Below, piece by piece: positions 45,219 to 53,735 of a DNA stretch of 64,000 nt. A model generated the notes under the pieces. That model worked only from the letters and a program-made list of their open reading frames with translations. It did no database searches and was not told where the DNA came from. Source of the stretch: a virus; the IMG/VR virus record IMGVR_UViG_3300031772_000007, positions 1-64,000 of that record; one strand, 5' to 3'. Position numbers and translations under genes: made by a program. The stretch's first letter is position 1. The number at the start of each line of letters is the position of its first letter.

Positions 45219-45568
45219 GGGTCTGCCCTCCCTCCCAACCGCCGCTGCGCGTCCCAAATCCTGAAGGCTCGCACCGACCGCCGCTGTGCTTCCTCGAAGG
45301 TCGGGAACCAGTGCTGCACGCCCGACGGTCCATCCACCCGCCACCGCACCTCCGCGAAGGTCGGCGGGAAGATGCTCATCTCGACCGGGTGGTAGAAGGC
45401 AATCTTCTCCGGGTTGCCGGGGTCCAGGTAGTCCCCTCCGACCGGAATGCTCAACCGGACGATGAAGTACGCCTGCCCCGACTTCCCCTTGTCGTCGAGT
45501 GGCATCACCCTCTGAAGGTCGATGCCTCCCCCCAGCTTCCGCTCCCACACGACGACCGGGACAGTCAT
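45203..45568 (-). CDS. small protein with DAxxRLGG tag
   Basis: TGATG coupling; FPTFEEAQ...WDAQRRLGG. Confidence 0.6.
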   Translation of the reverse strand: MTVPVVVWERKLGGGIDLQRVMPLDDKGKSGQAYFIVRLSIPVGGDYLDPGNPEKIAFYHPVEMSIFPPTFAEVRWRVDGPSGVQHWFPTFEEAQRRSVRAFRIWDAQRRLGGRADPWANG

Positions 45569-45792
45569 CAATGCCCCCCGGAGCGCCGAAGGTCCGCCCA
45601 AGCGGGCCAGACGTGGACCGTGCGCCCCTTTCCGGGGATGCCCGCCTCCCCCAGCTCCGCTCGACAGACGGCGCACTGCACCGCCGGTCCACACCGGCAG
45701 GTCTTGCTCTCCTCGTGCGCCGTGTCGAGCCCTTCCCGGTGGAGCACCACCAACCCATTCCGATGCCCACAGGTGTTCTTCGGCTGCGCCAT
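45568..45792 (-). CDS. small Cys/His-rich protein
   Basis: 74 aa; C.C and CxxC. Confidence 0.5.
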   Translation of the reverse strand: MAQPKNTCGHRNGLVVLHREGLDTAHEESKTCRCGPAVQCAVCRAELGEAGIPGKGRTVHVWPAWADLRRSGGH

Positions 45793-45793
45793 C

Positions 45794-46084
45794 CTAAGCC
45801 CCCAACCTTTCCGCCGCTTCCTCTGCGCGGACGTGCTGCCGGACCAACCGAAAAACCGCGAGCGGGCTCGGGCAGTAGACGTGCGGGCGCACATCGACGT
45901 GCCGCCCGTCCCGGAACCCCGTCAGCAGCACGTCGTAGCCCGCCAAGTGCCGGGTGACGATGGCGCGAATCTTCCAGCTCCCGCGGAGCGCGAGCCAGCA
46001 CACCCCGTACTTCTGCGGCATCACCACGAGCCCGGCGACCTCGCGGACCTTCCGATTCCGCAGCCTGTCCCAAATCAACCGCAC
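45794..46084 (-). CDS. small protein with EAxxRLG tag
   Basis: ends EEAAERLGA. Confidence 0.6.
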   Translation of the reverse strand: MRLIWDRLRNRKVREVAGLVVMPQKYGVCWLALRGSWKIRAIVTRHLAGYDVLLTGFRDGRHVDVRPHVYCPSPLAVFRLVRQHVRAEEAAERLGA

Positions 46085-46410
46085 GCCCCGAGCCTCCTCA
46101 CCGCGTCCCACAGGGTAAGAGCCCTCTCCGCCGCTGCCTGCGCTTCCTCCTCCTGCTCGTGCAAGGTCGTCGCCCGAAAGGGATGAAACCCGCTGTAGTG
46201 GCACACCCAATCTCCACCCGGCTCTCCCTTTGTCGCCCGCTCCTCGACCCAGGCATGAGGACGCTGTTCTATCGGAACGCCGTCGTAGGTCCGCAGTTCC
46301 ACCAGAACCATCCGGCGTTGATTGGGCTCCATGCCCACCCGGCTCTCACCTCGGCGAAAGAGCCCTTCCTCCCCCCGAGGAGCCGTCGTTCTTGTCCTGC
46401 GCGGCTTCAC
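46075..46410 (-). CDS. small protein with DAxxRLG tag
   Basis: ends LWDAVRRLGACG (alternative start 46332). Confidence 0.55.
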   Translation of the reverse strand: MKPRRTRTTAPRGEEGLFRRGESRVGMEPNQRRMVLVELRTYDGVPIEQRPHAWVEERATKGEPGGDWVCHYSGFHPFRATTLHEQEEEAQAAAERALTLWDAVRRLGACG

Positions 46411-46652
46411 GCCTTCTGCCACCGTGCCTTCTTCAGCACGCCCTTCTTCCGCCGCGGAATCATGTTCATGTAGAGCATGTCCTTCTCGTCGAAGCAGCCG
46501 GAGTGGGCCACCATCGCCCCAAGGGCGACGGACAGCGCCTCCTCGTGTTGCTCCTGCTCGAACGTCTGCGCCTTCCGCGACACGCACTGCATCAGCTCCA
46601 GCTTGCGCCGGAGGTTGTCGAATGCCCCTCGATACGTCAGCTTGCTTCTCAT
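46407..46652 (-). CDS. hypothetical protein
   Basis: 81 aa; ATGA coupling. Confidence 0.5.
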   Translation of the reverse strand: MRSKLTYRGAFDNLRRKLELMQCVSRKAQTFEQEQHEEALSVALGAMVAHSGCFDEKDMLYMNMIPRRKKGVLKKARWQKA

Positions 46653-48148
46653 GGCCCCTCCAAGTCGAACGCCTCGAACGTCTCCTTCAGCTTGCCCTTC
46701 TTCAGCGGACGGTACTGCTCCACGCGGCAGAACGAGGACGGCCCTACCTTCCCCGCCACCGCGTCCACGTACATCGAGAAGGCTCCGTCCTCGACAGTGT
46801 AGAACCACTTCGGAACGTGCGCTGCCTTCAGCGCCGACTCGCTCTCCCGAGCCAGCGCGGTGTCGATGCCGATGCTACGCGCCCGCGGATAGCCGCCGTC
46901 CAGCCGGTCCCCGGCGTCGAGCGCCAACACCTGCTTCACCCACTCGTCGTAGGAGTACGGCTGGAACGTCTCCGCCCGCCCCTGCCGCTTGAAGCCCAAC
47001 AGCTTCACCTGCACCTTGCACCGCTCCGCTTCGGTGAGGATGTCCCCCAGCACCTCCAACGGCGTCGAGCCCATGACGTACTGCGCCGTAAGCCGCCCCT
47101 CTAAAAGCCAATCCTGCCCCTTCTCGTGATAGCCCGCCGCATGGGAGAGAGCTGTGACCTCGTCCGGGCTCGCAACCGTGTACGCGCAGGAGGAGTAGTA
47201 CGCCATCGCCACTTTCATGTCCCCCGAGCCGAGATAGTGGATGTCCCGAGTGGTGAAGTTGGCGACCATGCCGTGCTCCCGGCACTCCCTCCCGATGTCG
47301 ATGAACTTCGGATGCGAGGTGGGCTCCCCGCCACCCACCGCGATCTCCAGCACGCCCACCCCCGCCAGCTCCTTGATGATGCCCTTGAGCTTCGGGAACG
47401 ATGCCGTCTCGCCGGTCGGGGTGCTCCCCTGGTAGCAGTAGGCGCACCCGTTCATGCAGCGGTCGGTGACCTTCAGGTCCACCAGCTCCGGCACCGATGC
47501 TCGCCACACCTTCGGGTGGCAGCCCTCGTCGGCGAACGAGAGGCGCGTCCGTGCGCCCGTCTCCCGGTTGAACAGGACCCAGTAGCCGTACTTAGGGTCC
47601 TTCCGCGCCACGATGTTCACCCCCCGTTGGAAGTCGCTGCCGAAGTCCACCGGAACCCTCTCAACACCCCCCGCCTCAAGGGTTGGGTGCGTGTCCCCGT
47701 TGTCGTTCCCCCCGAGAACGGCCACCCTGTCGCTCAACACGAAGTCTCGCAGGTCCCGCGCGAACTCCAGATTGGGCTCCTTCTGCGTGCCCACCTGCGC
47801 CGGTAGCTTGTCCATCAGGCTTTGGTGGTCCACGTAGCCCTCGGGCTCCGGCCCGTCCGCCTTCTGCTTCCACTCCAGCACGCCCGGCAGCAAGTCCTCG
47901 ACGAACCGCCGCGCCATTTCCCTGTCCGGGTGGAACTGCACCCTGAACACCTCCCAGAACTGGAGCGCCACGTACTTCGCCTTCTCCTCGCGCGACGTGA
48001 GCGTGAACATCTCCCACCCAAACTCGGGGCTGCACCACGCCTCCTCGCGCGCTTCGCCGGGGCGCAGGAAGATGAGGGTGTGATCCGAGCTGCTGTTGTT
48101 CGCAAAGCCCAGCCTGACGTTATGAATCCTCGCGGTCCTCAAGCCCAC
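46649..48148 (-). CDS. radical SAM protein with N-terminal F.NNSSS.H domain
   Basis: CMNGCAYC motif, GGGEPT, NFTT; N-terminal RLGFANNSSSDH. Confidence 0.85.
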   Translation of the reverse strand: MGLRTARIHNVRLGFANNSSSDHTLIFLRPGEAREEAWCSPEFGWEMFTLTSREEKAKYVALQFWEVFRVQFHPDREMARRFVEDLLPGVLEWKQKADGPEPEGYVDHQSLMDKLPAQVGTQKEPNLEFARDLRDFVLSDRVAVLGGNDNGDTHPTLEAGGVERVPVDFGSDFQRGVNIVARKDPKYGYWVLFNRETGARTRLSFADEGCHPKVWRASVPELVDLKVTDRCMNGCAYCYQGSTPTGETASFPKLKGIIKELAGVGVLEIAVGGGEPTSHPKFIDIGRECREHGMVANFTTRDIHYLGSGDMKVAMAYYSSCAYTVASPDEVTALSHAAGYHEKGQDWLLEGRLTAQYVMGSTPLEVLGDILTEAERCKVQVKLLGFKRQGRAETFQPYSYDEWVKQVLALDAGDRLDGGYPRARSIGIDTALARESESALKAAHVPKWFYTVEDGAFSMYVDAVAGKVGPSSFCRVEQYRPLKKGKLKETFEAFDLEGP

Positions 48149-48449
48149 CTCCCAGCCGGTAGGTGGATTCCCACCGGGCCATGATTTCCTCTGCGTCGTA
48201 GAGCGCCTGCACCAACGTCGGACGCCAGCGCCCCGTCTCCAGTTGGGACGCCCTCTGGTACTGGAGCATCCCCTGTGGCGTCCGTCGCGTCTCCTGCATC
48301 TCCACCGAGGCGAACCAGCCCCCGGCTCCCTTCCGCAGCCATCCCGTCATGCACCTTTCCTCGGGAGCCAACCTGACCACCCTCACGTAGCTGCCACGGG
48401 ATATGCTCCATCCCTTCTCGGTGAGTCCCGTGCCTTCCTCGTCCGTCAC
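48120..48449 (-). CDS. small protein with ExxxRLGG tag
   Basis: GTGA coupling; WESTYRLGG. Confidence 0.6.
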   Translation of the reverse strand: MTDEEGTGLTEKGWSISRGSYVRVVRLAPEERCMTGWLRKGAGGWFASVEMQETRRTPQGMLQYQRASQLETGRWRPTLVQALYDAEEIMARWESTYRLGGGLEDREDS

Positions 48450-48979
48450 GGGCCACTCCCGAACGTCTCGTAGCGCCGTGGCGCGCAGATGATGCAGCCC
48501 CGCGGCGTCAGTTGCTCGGTGGGGACCTCCGCGCCACAGTTGGGGCACCGGGACAGTTCCGCGTACAGCTTCACCTTCCCCGCTCCCGAGATGTTGACCC
48601 CCGACTGCTCGACCACCCGCTGCGCCGGAGATTCCTCCCCGGTGAGCCGCGCCGCCGCGTCGTTCACGATGAACTGCCCCACGTCGTAGTACGTCTCGCC
48701 GGGGCTCACCTTCGTCCCATCAGCCAACTCCGCCAAGACGATGCTGTTGTCCGGCTTGAACATCCACGCCTTCGAGCCGCCCGCCGGGAACTGCGCGATG
48801 TGCTTCAGCAGGCTCTCCCCCTGCACCCACCGGACCTCGCCACTTCGCACCAGCACGTCGAGCCCGCCCCGCGTCATCTTCAGGTCCCGCCAGATGTCCG
48901 TGTACGTGCGCCACTGGCGGTCGGCGTCCCCCGGCTGGAGGACGTACTCGCTCGACCCGACGTAGCCCCAGCGGTTCAT
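48446..48979 (-). CDS. HTH-like protein with internal DAxxRLTG tag and C-terminal zinc ribbon
   Basis: TY.DIW.....RGGLD.LV..G.VR (paralog of 44946..45218); NDAAARLTG; CPNCG...CIIC. Confidence 0.6.
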   Translation of the reverse strand: MNRWGYVGSSEYVLQPGDADRQWRTYTDIWRDLKMTRGGLDVLVRSGEVRWVQGESLLKHIAQFPAGGSKAWMFKPDNSIVLAELADGTKVSPGETYYDVGQFIVNDAAARLTGEESPAQRVVEQSGVNISGAGKVKLYAELSRCPNCGAEVPTEQLTPRGCIICAPRRYETFGSGP

Positions 48980-49212
48980 AGCTCCAGAGTTACCTCCAGC
49001 ACGTCGTACAACCTGCTCCCGAGTGCCCTGATGGTTTCCAAGTCGCCGTCCACCACGAGAAGCGCCTGCGCTCGTATCGGCTTCCCCGCCAGGACGCGCT
49101 CCGCCTTCATCGCCATGATCGCCTGCGCGCACTGCGTCAGAGATTCCGCAAGGCACTCGCCCGTCTCATCCACCACCGTTGCAACCGGCGTTGCCTTCGC
49201 TCGGAGCTTCAT
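48976..49212 (-). CDS. hypothetical protein
   Basis: 78 aa; ATGA coupling. Confidence 0.5.
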   Translation of the reverse strand: MKLRAKATPVATVVDETGECLAESLTQCAQAIMAMKAERVLAGKPIRAQALLVVDGDLETIRALGSRLYDVLEVTLEL

Positions 49213-49706
49213 AGGTGCCTCGGCTTCGGCGGTCGGGGCTCCCTCCCCTGAAGACGGTCCACCGATTCCCGAGAGGCCAACTCCATGCGCTTCGCCTCGT
49301 AGGCGTCGGCCAGCACCTTGCGACAGACCGGGTCCGCTACCCTGTAGACGTGCTCCCCCGCGGGGAACAGCTTGCCGAAGCGCCAAAGCTGCCCGTACTC
49401 CTCCACGAAGCCCGACCCGGCGAAGCGCTTCGTCTGCTCGAAGATGCCGAGCTGTAGGAGAGTCCGCTGGATGCGCCATCGGGCGGATCTGCCCTCCCGC
49501 GCCCCCGTCACCGGGATGAAGAACTCGTCAGGCTCCACCTTCTCGTCCACGAGGTTCACCGTCAGCTTGTCCAGCGCCTCCCCCGCGTCGGTGGTGACGT
49601 AGAGCGCCCCGTTCCCGTTGCTGTAACGCCCCCCGTGAAGAACACAGGGATCCTCATCGAGATAGAAGCGGAACCCGTCCGCCGCCTTGAAGGGGTCCAC
49701 CCTCAC
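49209..49706 (-). CDS. DUF4313-like protein with ExxxRL.G tag
   Basis: Y.NGN.AL....GE....LTVNL...FFI...L..GI.....SGF pattern; RESVDRLQG. Confidence 0.55.
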   Translation of the reverse strand: MRVDPFKAADGFRFYLDEDPCVLHGGRYSNGNGALYVTTDAGEALDKLTVNLVDEKVEPDEFFIPVTGAREGRSARWRIQRTLLQLGIFEQTKRFAGSGFVEEYGQLWRFGKLFPAGEHVYRVADPVCRKVLADAYEAKRMELASRESVDRLQGREPRPPKPRHL

Positions 49707-50197
49707 CGCCCGCCCCCGTACCAGATAACGAGGACGCTCGGGAAGCTGGCGGAGTCCCGCTTCACTCCCTCGGGGTTCCCGGGGCACCCGAAGGTGATGC
49801 GCCCTGGGAGGAACCGCGTCGTCACCGAATTCCACGGCTTGTCCCGCGAGTGCTCGATGTGCTCCTGCCACCACTTCCTGTCCGTCCAGCTCGGGAGCAA
49901 CGCGACCACCAGACAGCAGTGCGCCACAATCTCCTTCCGCGCCTTCTCCAGCCACGCCCCGATGTTGGAATAGGGCGGATTGAGGAACACCCGCGCACCC
50001 CTCCACGACTGGCGGAGCCCGTTCTTCTTCTTGGTGAAGTACCGGCGGCACTTCGCGCTCTCCCTGGAAGCGCACGGGTCCAGGGTGAAGTGGAACTCCG
50101 CGTCGAGCTTCTTGTAGAACTCCGTCGGCGTGAACTGATCGTCGAGCGACTTGGTAGGCGGAGCGTTCCGGCAGGCGTCCTCCGGCAGCCACCCCAT
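49703..50197 (-). CDS. phage DNA N6-adenine methyltransferase (Dam-like)
   Basis: TP..FY..L..EF.FTLDPCA...NGL.QSW....VFLNPPYS...LLP..TD..WW...GRI.F (alternative start 50302). Confidence 0.9.
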   Translation of the reverse strand: MGWLPEDACRNAPPTKSLDDQFTPTEFYKKLDAEFHFTLDPCASRESAKCRRYFTKKKNGLRQSWRGARVFLNPPYSNIGAWLEKARKEIVAHCCLVVALLPSWTDRKWWQEHIEHSRDKPWNSVTTRFLPGRITFGCPGNPEGVKRDSASFPSVLVIWYGGGR

Positions 50198-50213
50198 CTG
50201 CCCCGTCTCCGGG

Positions 50214-50432
50214 TCAACCGTCAAAGCCAAGCTGACGCGCCGCTTCGAGCGCAACCGCTTCTTCAACGTCCGCCGCTTCGTAACAGGCATAGAATTTCCC
50301 ATCGCGTTTCCTCGCCGCGCAGATAGCTGCCCCGCCCCGCCGCCGGGCAAGAGCGCCCAGCGCCAGGGCCAACGTCTCCTCGTCGATGTCGTACATGATG
50401 GAGGCTTCCAAGAGGGTGAGCAGCTTCTTCAC
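50214..50432 (-). CDS. small HTH-like protein with EAxxQLG tag variant
   Basis: MKKLLTLLEASIMYDI...LEAARQLGFDG. Confidence 0.5.
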   Translation of the reverse strand: MKKLLTLLEASIMYDIDEETLALALGALARRRGGAAICAARKRDGKFYACYEAADVEEAVALEAARQLGFDG

Positions 50433-50457
50433 CTGGAAACCTTGCCCGGACGCAGGC

Positions 50458-51867
50458 TCATTTTCCCTTCGGCAGCTCCGCGCCACCCGGAAGGGCTCCG
50501 GCCATCTGCCGCCCGAACTCCTCCAACCCACTCGCCGCAACCCCGAACTTCTCTAGCTCCGTGCGGGTTTCGTACAGTCCCCGCTTGTAGTCGAAGAAGT
50601 AGACGAGGTCGTTGTTGGAGTCCACCGCCGCCGGAACGAGAACCCGGTCGAAGAAGTTGTAGACCCCCATCGCGCTCTTGGTCGGGATGTTCCACGCCCC
50701 GCGCACCCGGTCGAAGACCGACTCCTGCCGGAGCTTCCGCATCAGGCGGTCCTTCCCGCGCACCCCGTCGTCCTGCAACGGGTCCAACGTCACCCGCGCG
50801 TCACCGCTAATGTCCGCGAAGCGCACGCTGCCCCGTCGGAAGGCGATTCGGATGGCCTCGGTGAATGTACCCCGCGTCACCTGCCCGCCCTCCAAGTCCT
50901 CCGGGGAAAGCCCACAGCAAGTGGAGGCGTTGGTCAGCTCCTTGTAGTCAGGGTCCGAGCAAGCGAACCGCACCCCGCGCTTCTCGCACTCCTCCCACAT
51001 CCCGTAGACGTAAGGCTTCTTCCAGTGCCGCGACAGGCGAGGCTGCCCGCGAGCGTGCCGAGACATCGCCTTGTAGATGGCCGTGAAGTCGAAGTCCGCC
51101 GCCTTGCCCATCCGGTCGAAGTACCGCCTGGAGAACTCGAAGTCCGGGAAGGGGATGCACAGAAACTCGGTGGACAGCGCCTTCGCTCCGGCGTCCGCCG
51201 CCGCCGTCAACAGCTCCCGCCAGGTTCCGGTCGAGATGCCGGGGCAGAAGGGGCGGAAGCGCAGAATCGTCCTGATTCCCCGCTTCGACAGCGCCTCCAC
51301 CGTTTTGATGCGGTCCTGCGGGCTCGGGGCGCTGACCTCGATCTTCCGCGCGATCTCCGGGTCGTAGGTGATGATGCTCGACTGGAAGCCCCATCTGCCC
51401 GCGTTCGCCGCGAACACCTCCAGAAGCTCCTCGTCCTGCCAGAACGCGCCCTTCGAGCTGAAAAGCACGGGCCATTTGATGTCGGTGAGGAAGCGGAGAA
51501 CTTCCAGCGTCTTCTCTCGGTACTTCCCGAGCGCGTAGTGATCGAAGGCGTCCGCCAGCCCGCCCCAGTGGAGGATGAGATGCTGGTCAACAAACGCCTG
51601 CCGGTGCGCCTTCTGGTCCTTCGACAAGTCCTCGGGCGCTCCCTGGAACAACCGCCTGAACCGGGGGATGTTGATGAACGACAGGTCCGGCAGCCCGCCG
51701 TAGTCCTGATCGTCCTCGCCGTGCGGAACGCGCGAGCTGTCCTTGATGGGTCCGGCAAAGCAGTAGAGGCACCCGTAGCTGCACCGGCTGATGGCGTCGA
51801 ACGTGAAGGGCAGCCCGCACTCGTAATACTCGCTGGAGAGGCGCGGGGAGTTGTAGCAATCAGCCAC
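50458..51867 (-). CDS. radical SAM enzyme (spore photoproduct lyase-like), DNA modification cluster
   Basis: CSYGCLYC; GG..D.F; IE..APSP..R; R.RPF.PG. Confidence 0.88.
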   Translation of the reverse strand: MADCYNSPRLSSEYYECGLPFTFDAISRCSYGCLYCFAGPIKDSSRVPHGEDDQDYGGLPDLSFINIPRFRRLFQGAPEDLSKDQKAHRQAFVDQHLILHWGGLADAFDHYALGKYREKTLEVLRFLTDIKWPVLFSSKGAFWQDEELLEVFAANAGRWGFQSSIITYDPEIARKIEVSAPSPQDRIKTVEALSKRGIRTILRFRPFCPGISTGTWRELLTAAADAGAKALSTEFLCIPFPDFEFSRRYFDRMGKAADFDFTAIYKAMSRHARGQPRLSRHWKKPYVYGMWEECEKRGVRFACSDPDYKELTNASTCCGLSPEDLEGGQVTRGTFTEAIRIAFRRGSVRFADISGDARVTLDPLQDDGVRGKDRLMRKLRQESVFDRVRGAWNIPTKSAMGVYNFFDRVLVPAAVDSNNDLVYFFDYKRGLYETRTELEKFGVAASGLEEFGRQMAGALPGGAELPKGK

Positions 51868-52507
51868 CGAGCACCACCCGCGCGAGCGCGCTGCCATCCA
51901 AGGTGGGCTCCTTCGCCGCCGCGTTGTCCAGCCGGTACTTCCCCAGCACCTCCAGCGCCGCCGTCGCCGTCGGGAAGACGACCGGAACGTTCAGCGGATC
52001 CGGGGCTGCCTCGGGCTCCGCTGGCGACAACCCCGCGCCCACCGCCTCCTCGACCCGCCCGAGCGATGTCTTGAGCACTTCGATCTCATCCGCAGAGAAG
52101 CCCGTCACCCCCTGGAACCACTTGCCGTCGTCCCCGTTCTCCGCCAGCCACGAGCTGACGTAGGAGGACAGAGCTTGCTGGTCCCAATCCGCGCTGATCT
52201 GATTCAGCGCGAGGACGAGAGCCCTCGCCTTCTGGTCGTCGGGGAGGTCCACGACAACAACCTCCGCCTTGGGCAGCCCAGCTTCCTTCATCACGTCGTA
52301 ACGGTGGTGCCCGTTGATGATCTCGTAGCGGTCCGGCGCTCCCGGGGATTCCCGAACGATGATGGGCTGCACCACCCCCAGCTCCTCCATCGAGGTACGC
52401 AGGTGCGCCCGCATCGCATCGCCCATGACCCTCGGGTTGCCGAACTTGAACGGGTCCAGGCTCGACACCGGGACCGTCTTCAACGCCTTCAGCCGTGACT
52501 GAATCAT
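51860..52507 (-). CDS. ParB/Srx-like nuclease-domain protein (paralog 2)
   Basis: NPR.M...L..S.EELG.VQPI.VR.....YEIINGHHR. Confidence 0.85.
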   Translation of the reverse strand: MIQSRLKALKTVPVSSLDPFKFGNPRVMGDAMRAHLRTSMEELGVVQPIIVRESPGAPDRYEIINGHHRYDVMKEAGLPKAEVVVVDLPDDQKARALVLALNQISADWDQQALSSYVSSWLAENGDDGKWFQGVTGFSADEIEVLKTSLGRVEEAVGAGLSPAEPEAAPDPLNVPVVFPTATAALEVLGKYRLDNAAAKEPTLDGSALARVVLGG

Positions 52508-53196
52508 TGCCCCTCCAGGAACTTCGCCAGAGCCCCGCCGTCGATGGCGTCCGCCCTCAGAGTCCCGAAGCGGGTGCCCAGCCTGAACTTCCCCAGCACC
52601 GCGTCCGCCTCCTCCCGGGTGGCGAACTGCGCCTTCAACACCTTCGGCTGGTTCGCGGCGACAGCCTCCTCCGCCATCTTCGCCACGAGATCGCTCGGGT
52701 CCTTCTCCGGTGCCTCCGAGAGCTGTTGATTCGTGGCGTCGATGGTCCCCGCCGACAGCACCTCGATCTCGTCCCCCGAGAAGCCTGTTACCCCCTTGAA
52801 CCACTCCCCGCCCGCCGTGTTGTCGTTGAGCCACGCCGAGACGTAGTTCGACAGCGCGCTGTAATCCCACTCCGCGCCGATCTGGTTCAGGGCCAGCACG
52901 AGCGCCCGTGCCTTCCGGTCGTCCGGCAGGTCCACCACCACCGCCTCGATCTCCGTCGCCCCCGAGTCCTTCAGCACCCCGTAGCGATGGTGCCCGTTCA
53001 GAATCTCGTAGCGCCCCTTCGTCCGGGGGCTCGGTCGGACGACGATGGGCTCCACCACCCCCATCTCGGTGAGAGACTGCTTCAGCGTCTCCGTCATCCG
53101 GTCCGTCATCTTGCGCGGGTTCCCGAACGCGAACGGGTCCACCGCGCCGATGGCGATGCGCTTCAACGCCTTCAGCTTCGACTCGATGTTGCTCAT
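52504..53196 (-). CDS. ParB/Srx-like nuclease-domain protein (paralog 1)
   Basis: NPR.M...L..S..EMG.VEPI.VR.....YEILNGHHR. Confidence 0.85.
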   Translation of the reverse strand: MSNIESKLKALKRIAIGAVDPFAFGNPRKMTDRMTETLKQSLTEMGVVEPIVVRPSPRTKGRYEILNGHHRYGVLKDSGATEIEAVVVDLPDDRKARALVLALNQIGAEWDYSALSNYVSAWLNDNTAGGEWFKGVTGFSGDEIEVLSAGTIDATNQQLSEAPEKDPSDLVAKMAEEAVAANQPKVLKAQFATREEADAVLGKFRLGTRFGTLRADAIDGGALAKFLEGQ

Positions 53197-53735
53197 GTCC
53201 CCTCCTGCCTCAGAAACTCCCTGAGCGACCGCTCCAGAACCTCGGGCACTCGCCGGGCATCCAGCTCGACCCTATCCCCTTCCGGGAAGGTTTCCCAGAA
53301 ACGGCGAGACTTCGTCTCCCGCCCCTTCACCCACGAGGCGTTCTGCTTGCTCCCACGGGTGTCCCTGCGCGCCTGCGCCTCCTCCGGTGGGAGCGTCAAC
53401 AGCGCGCACACCAGCCGGATGTTCGGGGCGTAGGGCAGCGAACGGAAGAAGCTCACCGGGAGCGCGTTGCTGAACCTGTCCCCGTCGAACAGCGTCAGCT
53501 CCGCGCGCATCGCCAGGTGCGTCGTCCAGAAGTTCAGCGCCTCCGCCGCCCCGTTGTAGGGCACGGTGTCCGCCCCATCGAACGGCCCGCCCGCGTAGTG
53601 CCCCGCGGCAACGATGCGCTGCCCGATGGTCCACTTCGGCTTCGGGTTGAGGCGACTGAGCGGTTCGAGGAGCCTCCGCGCCAGCGTCGTCTTGCCCACC
53701 CCCGGCGTCCCCACCAACCAAAGTACGGTCTTCAC
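53193..53735 (-). CDS. P-loop kinase, putative 5-hydroxymethyluracil DNA kinase
   Basis: GTPGVGKTT; G.Y....FDG.D; FDGDRF; R..RGS.Q..SW.KGR.TK; adjacent to aGPT-Pplase2. Confidence 0.8.
   Translation of the reverse strand: MKTVLWLVGTPGVGKTTLARRLLEPLSRLNPKPKWTIGQRIVAAGHYAGGPFDGADTVPYNGAAEALNFWTTHLAMRAELTLFDGDRFSNALPVSFFRSLPYAPNIRLVCALLTLPPEEAQARRDTRGSKQNASWVKGRETKSRRFWETFPEGDRVELDARRVPEVLERSLREFLRQEGT

Noticed and set aside
39312-50432. Integron-like or DNA-repeat cassette array explaining the shared motif
   Set aside because: No conserved nucleotide repeat or attC-like palindrome is present. The genes overlap without spacers, and the motif codons vary synonymously.
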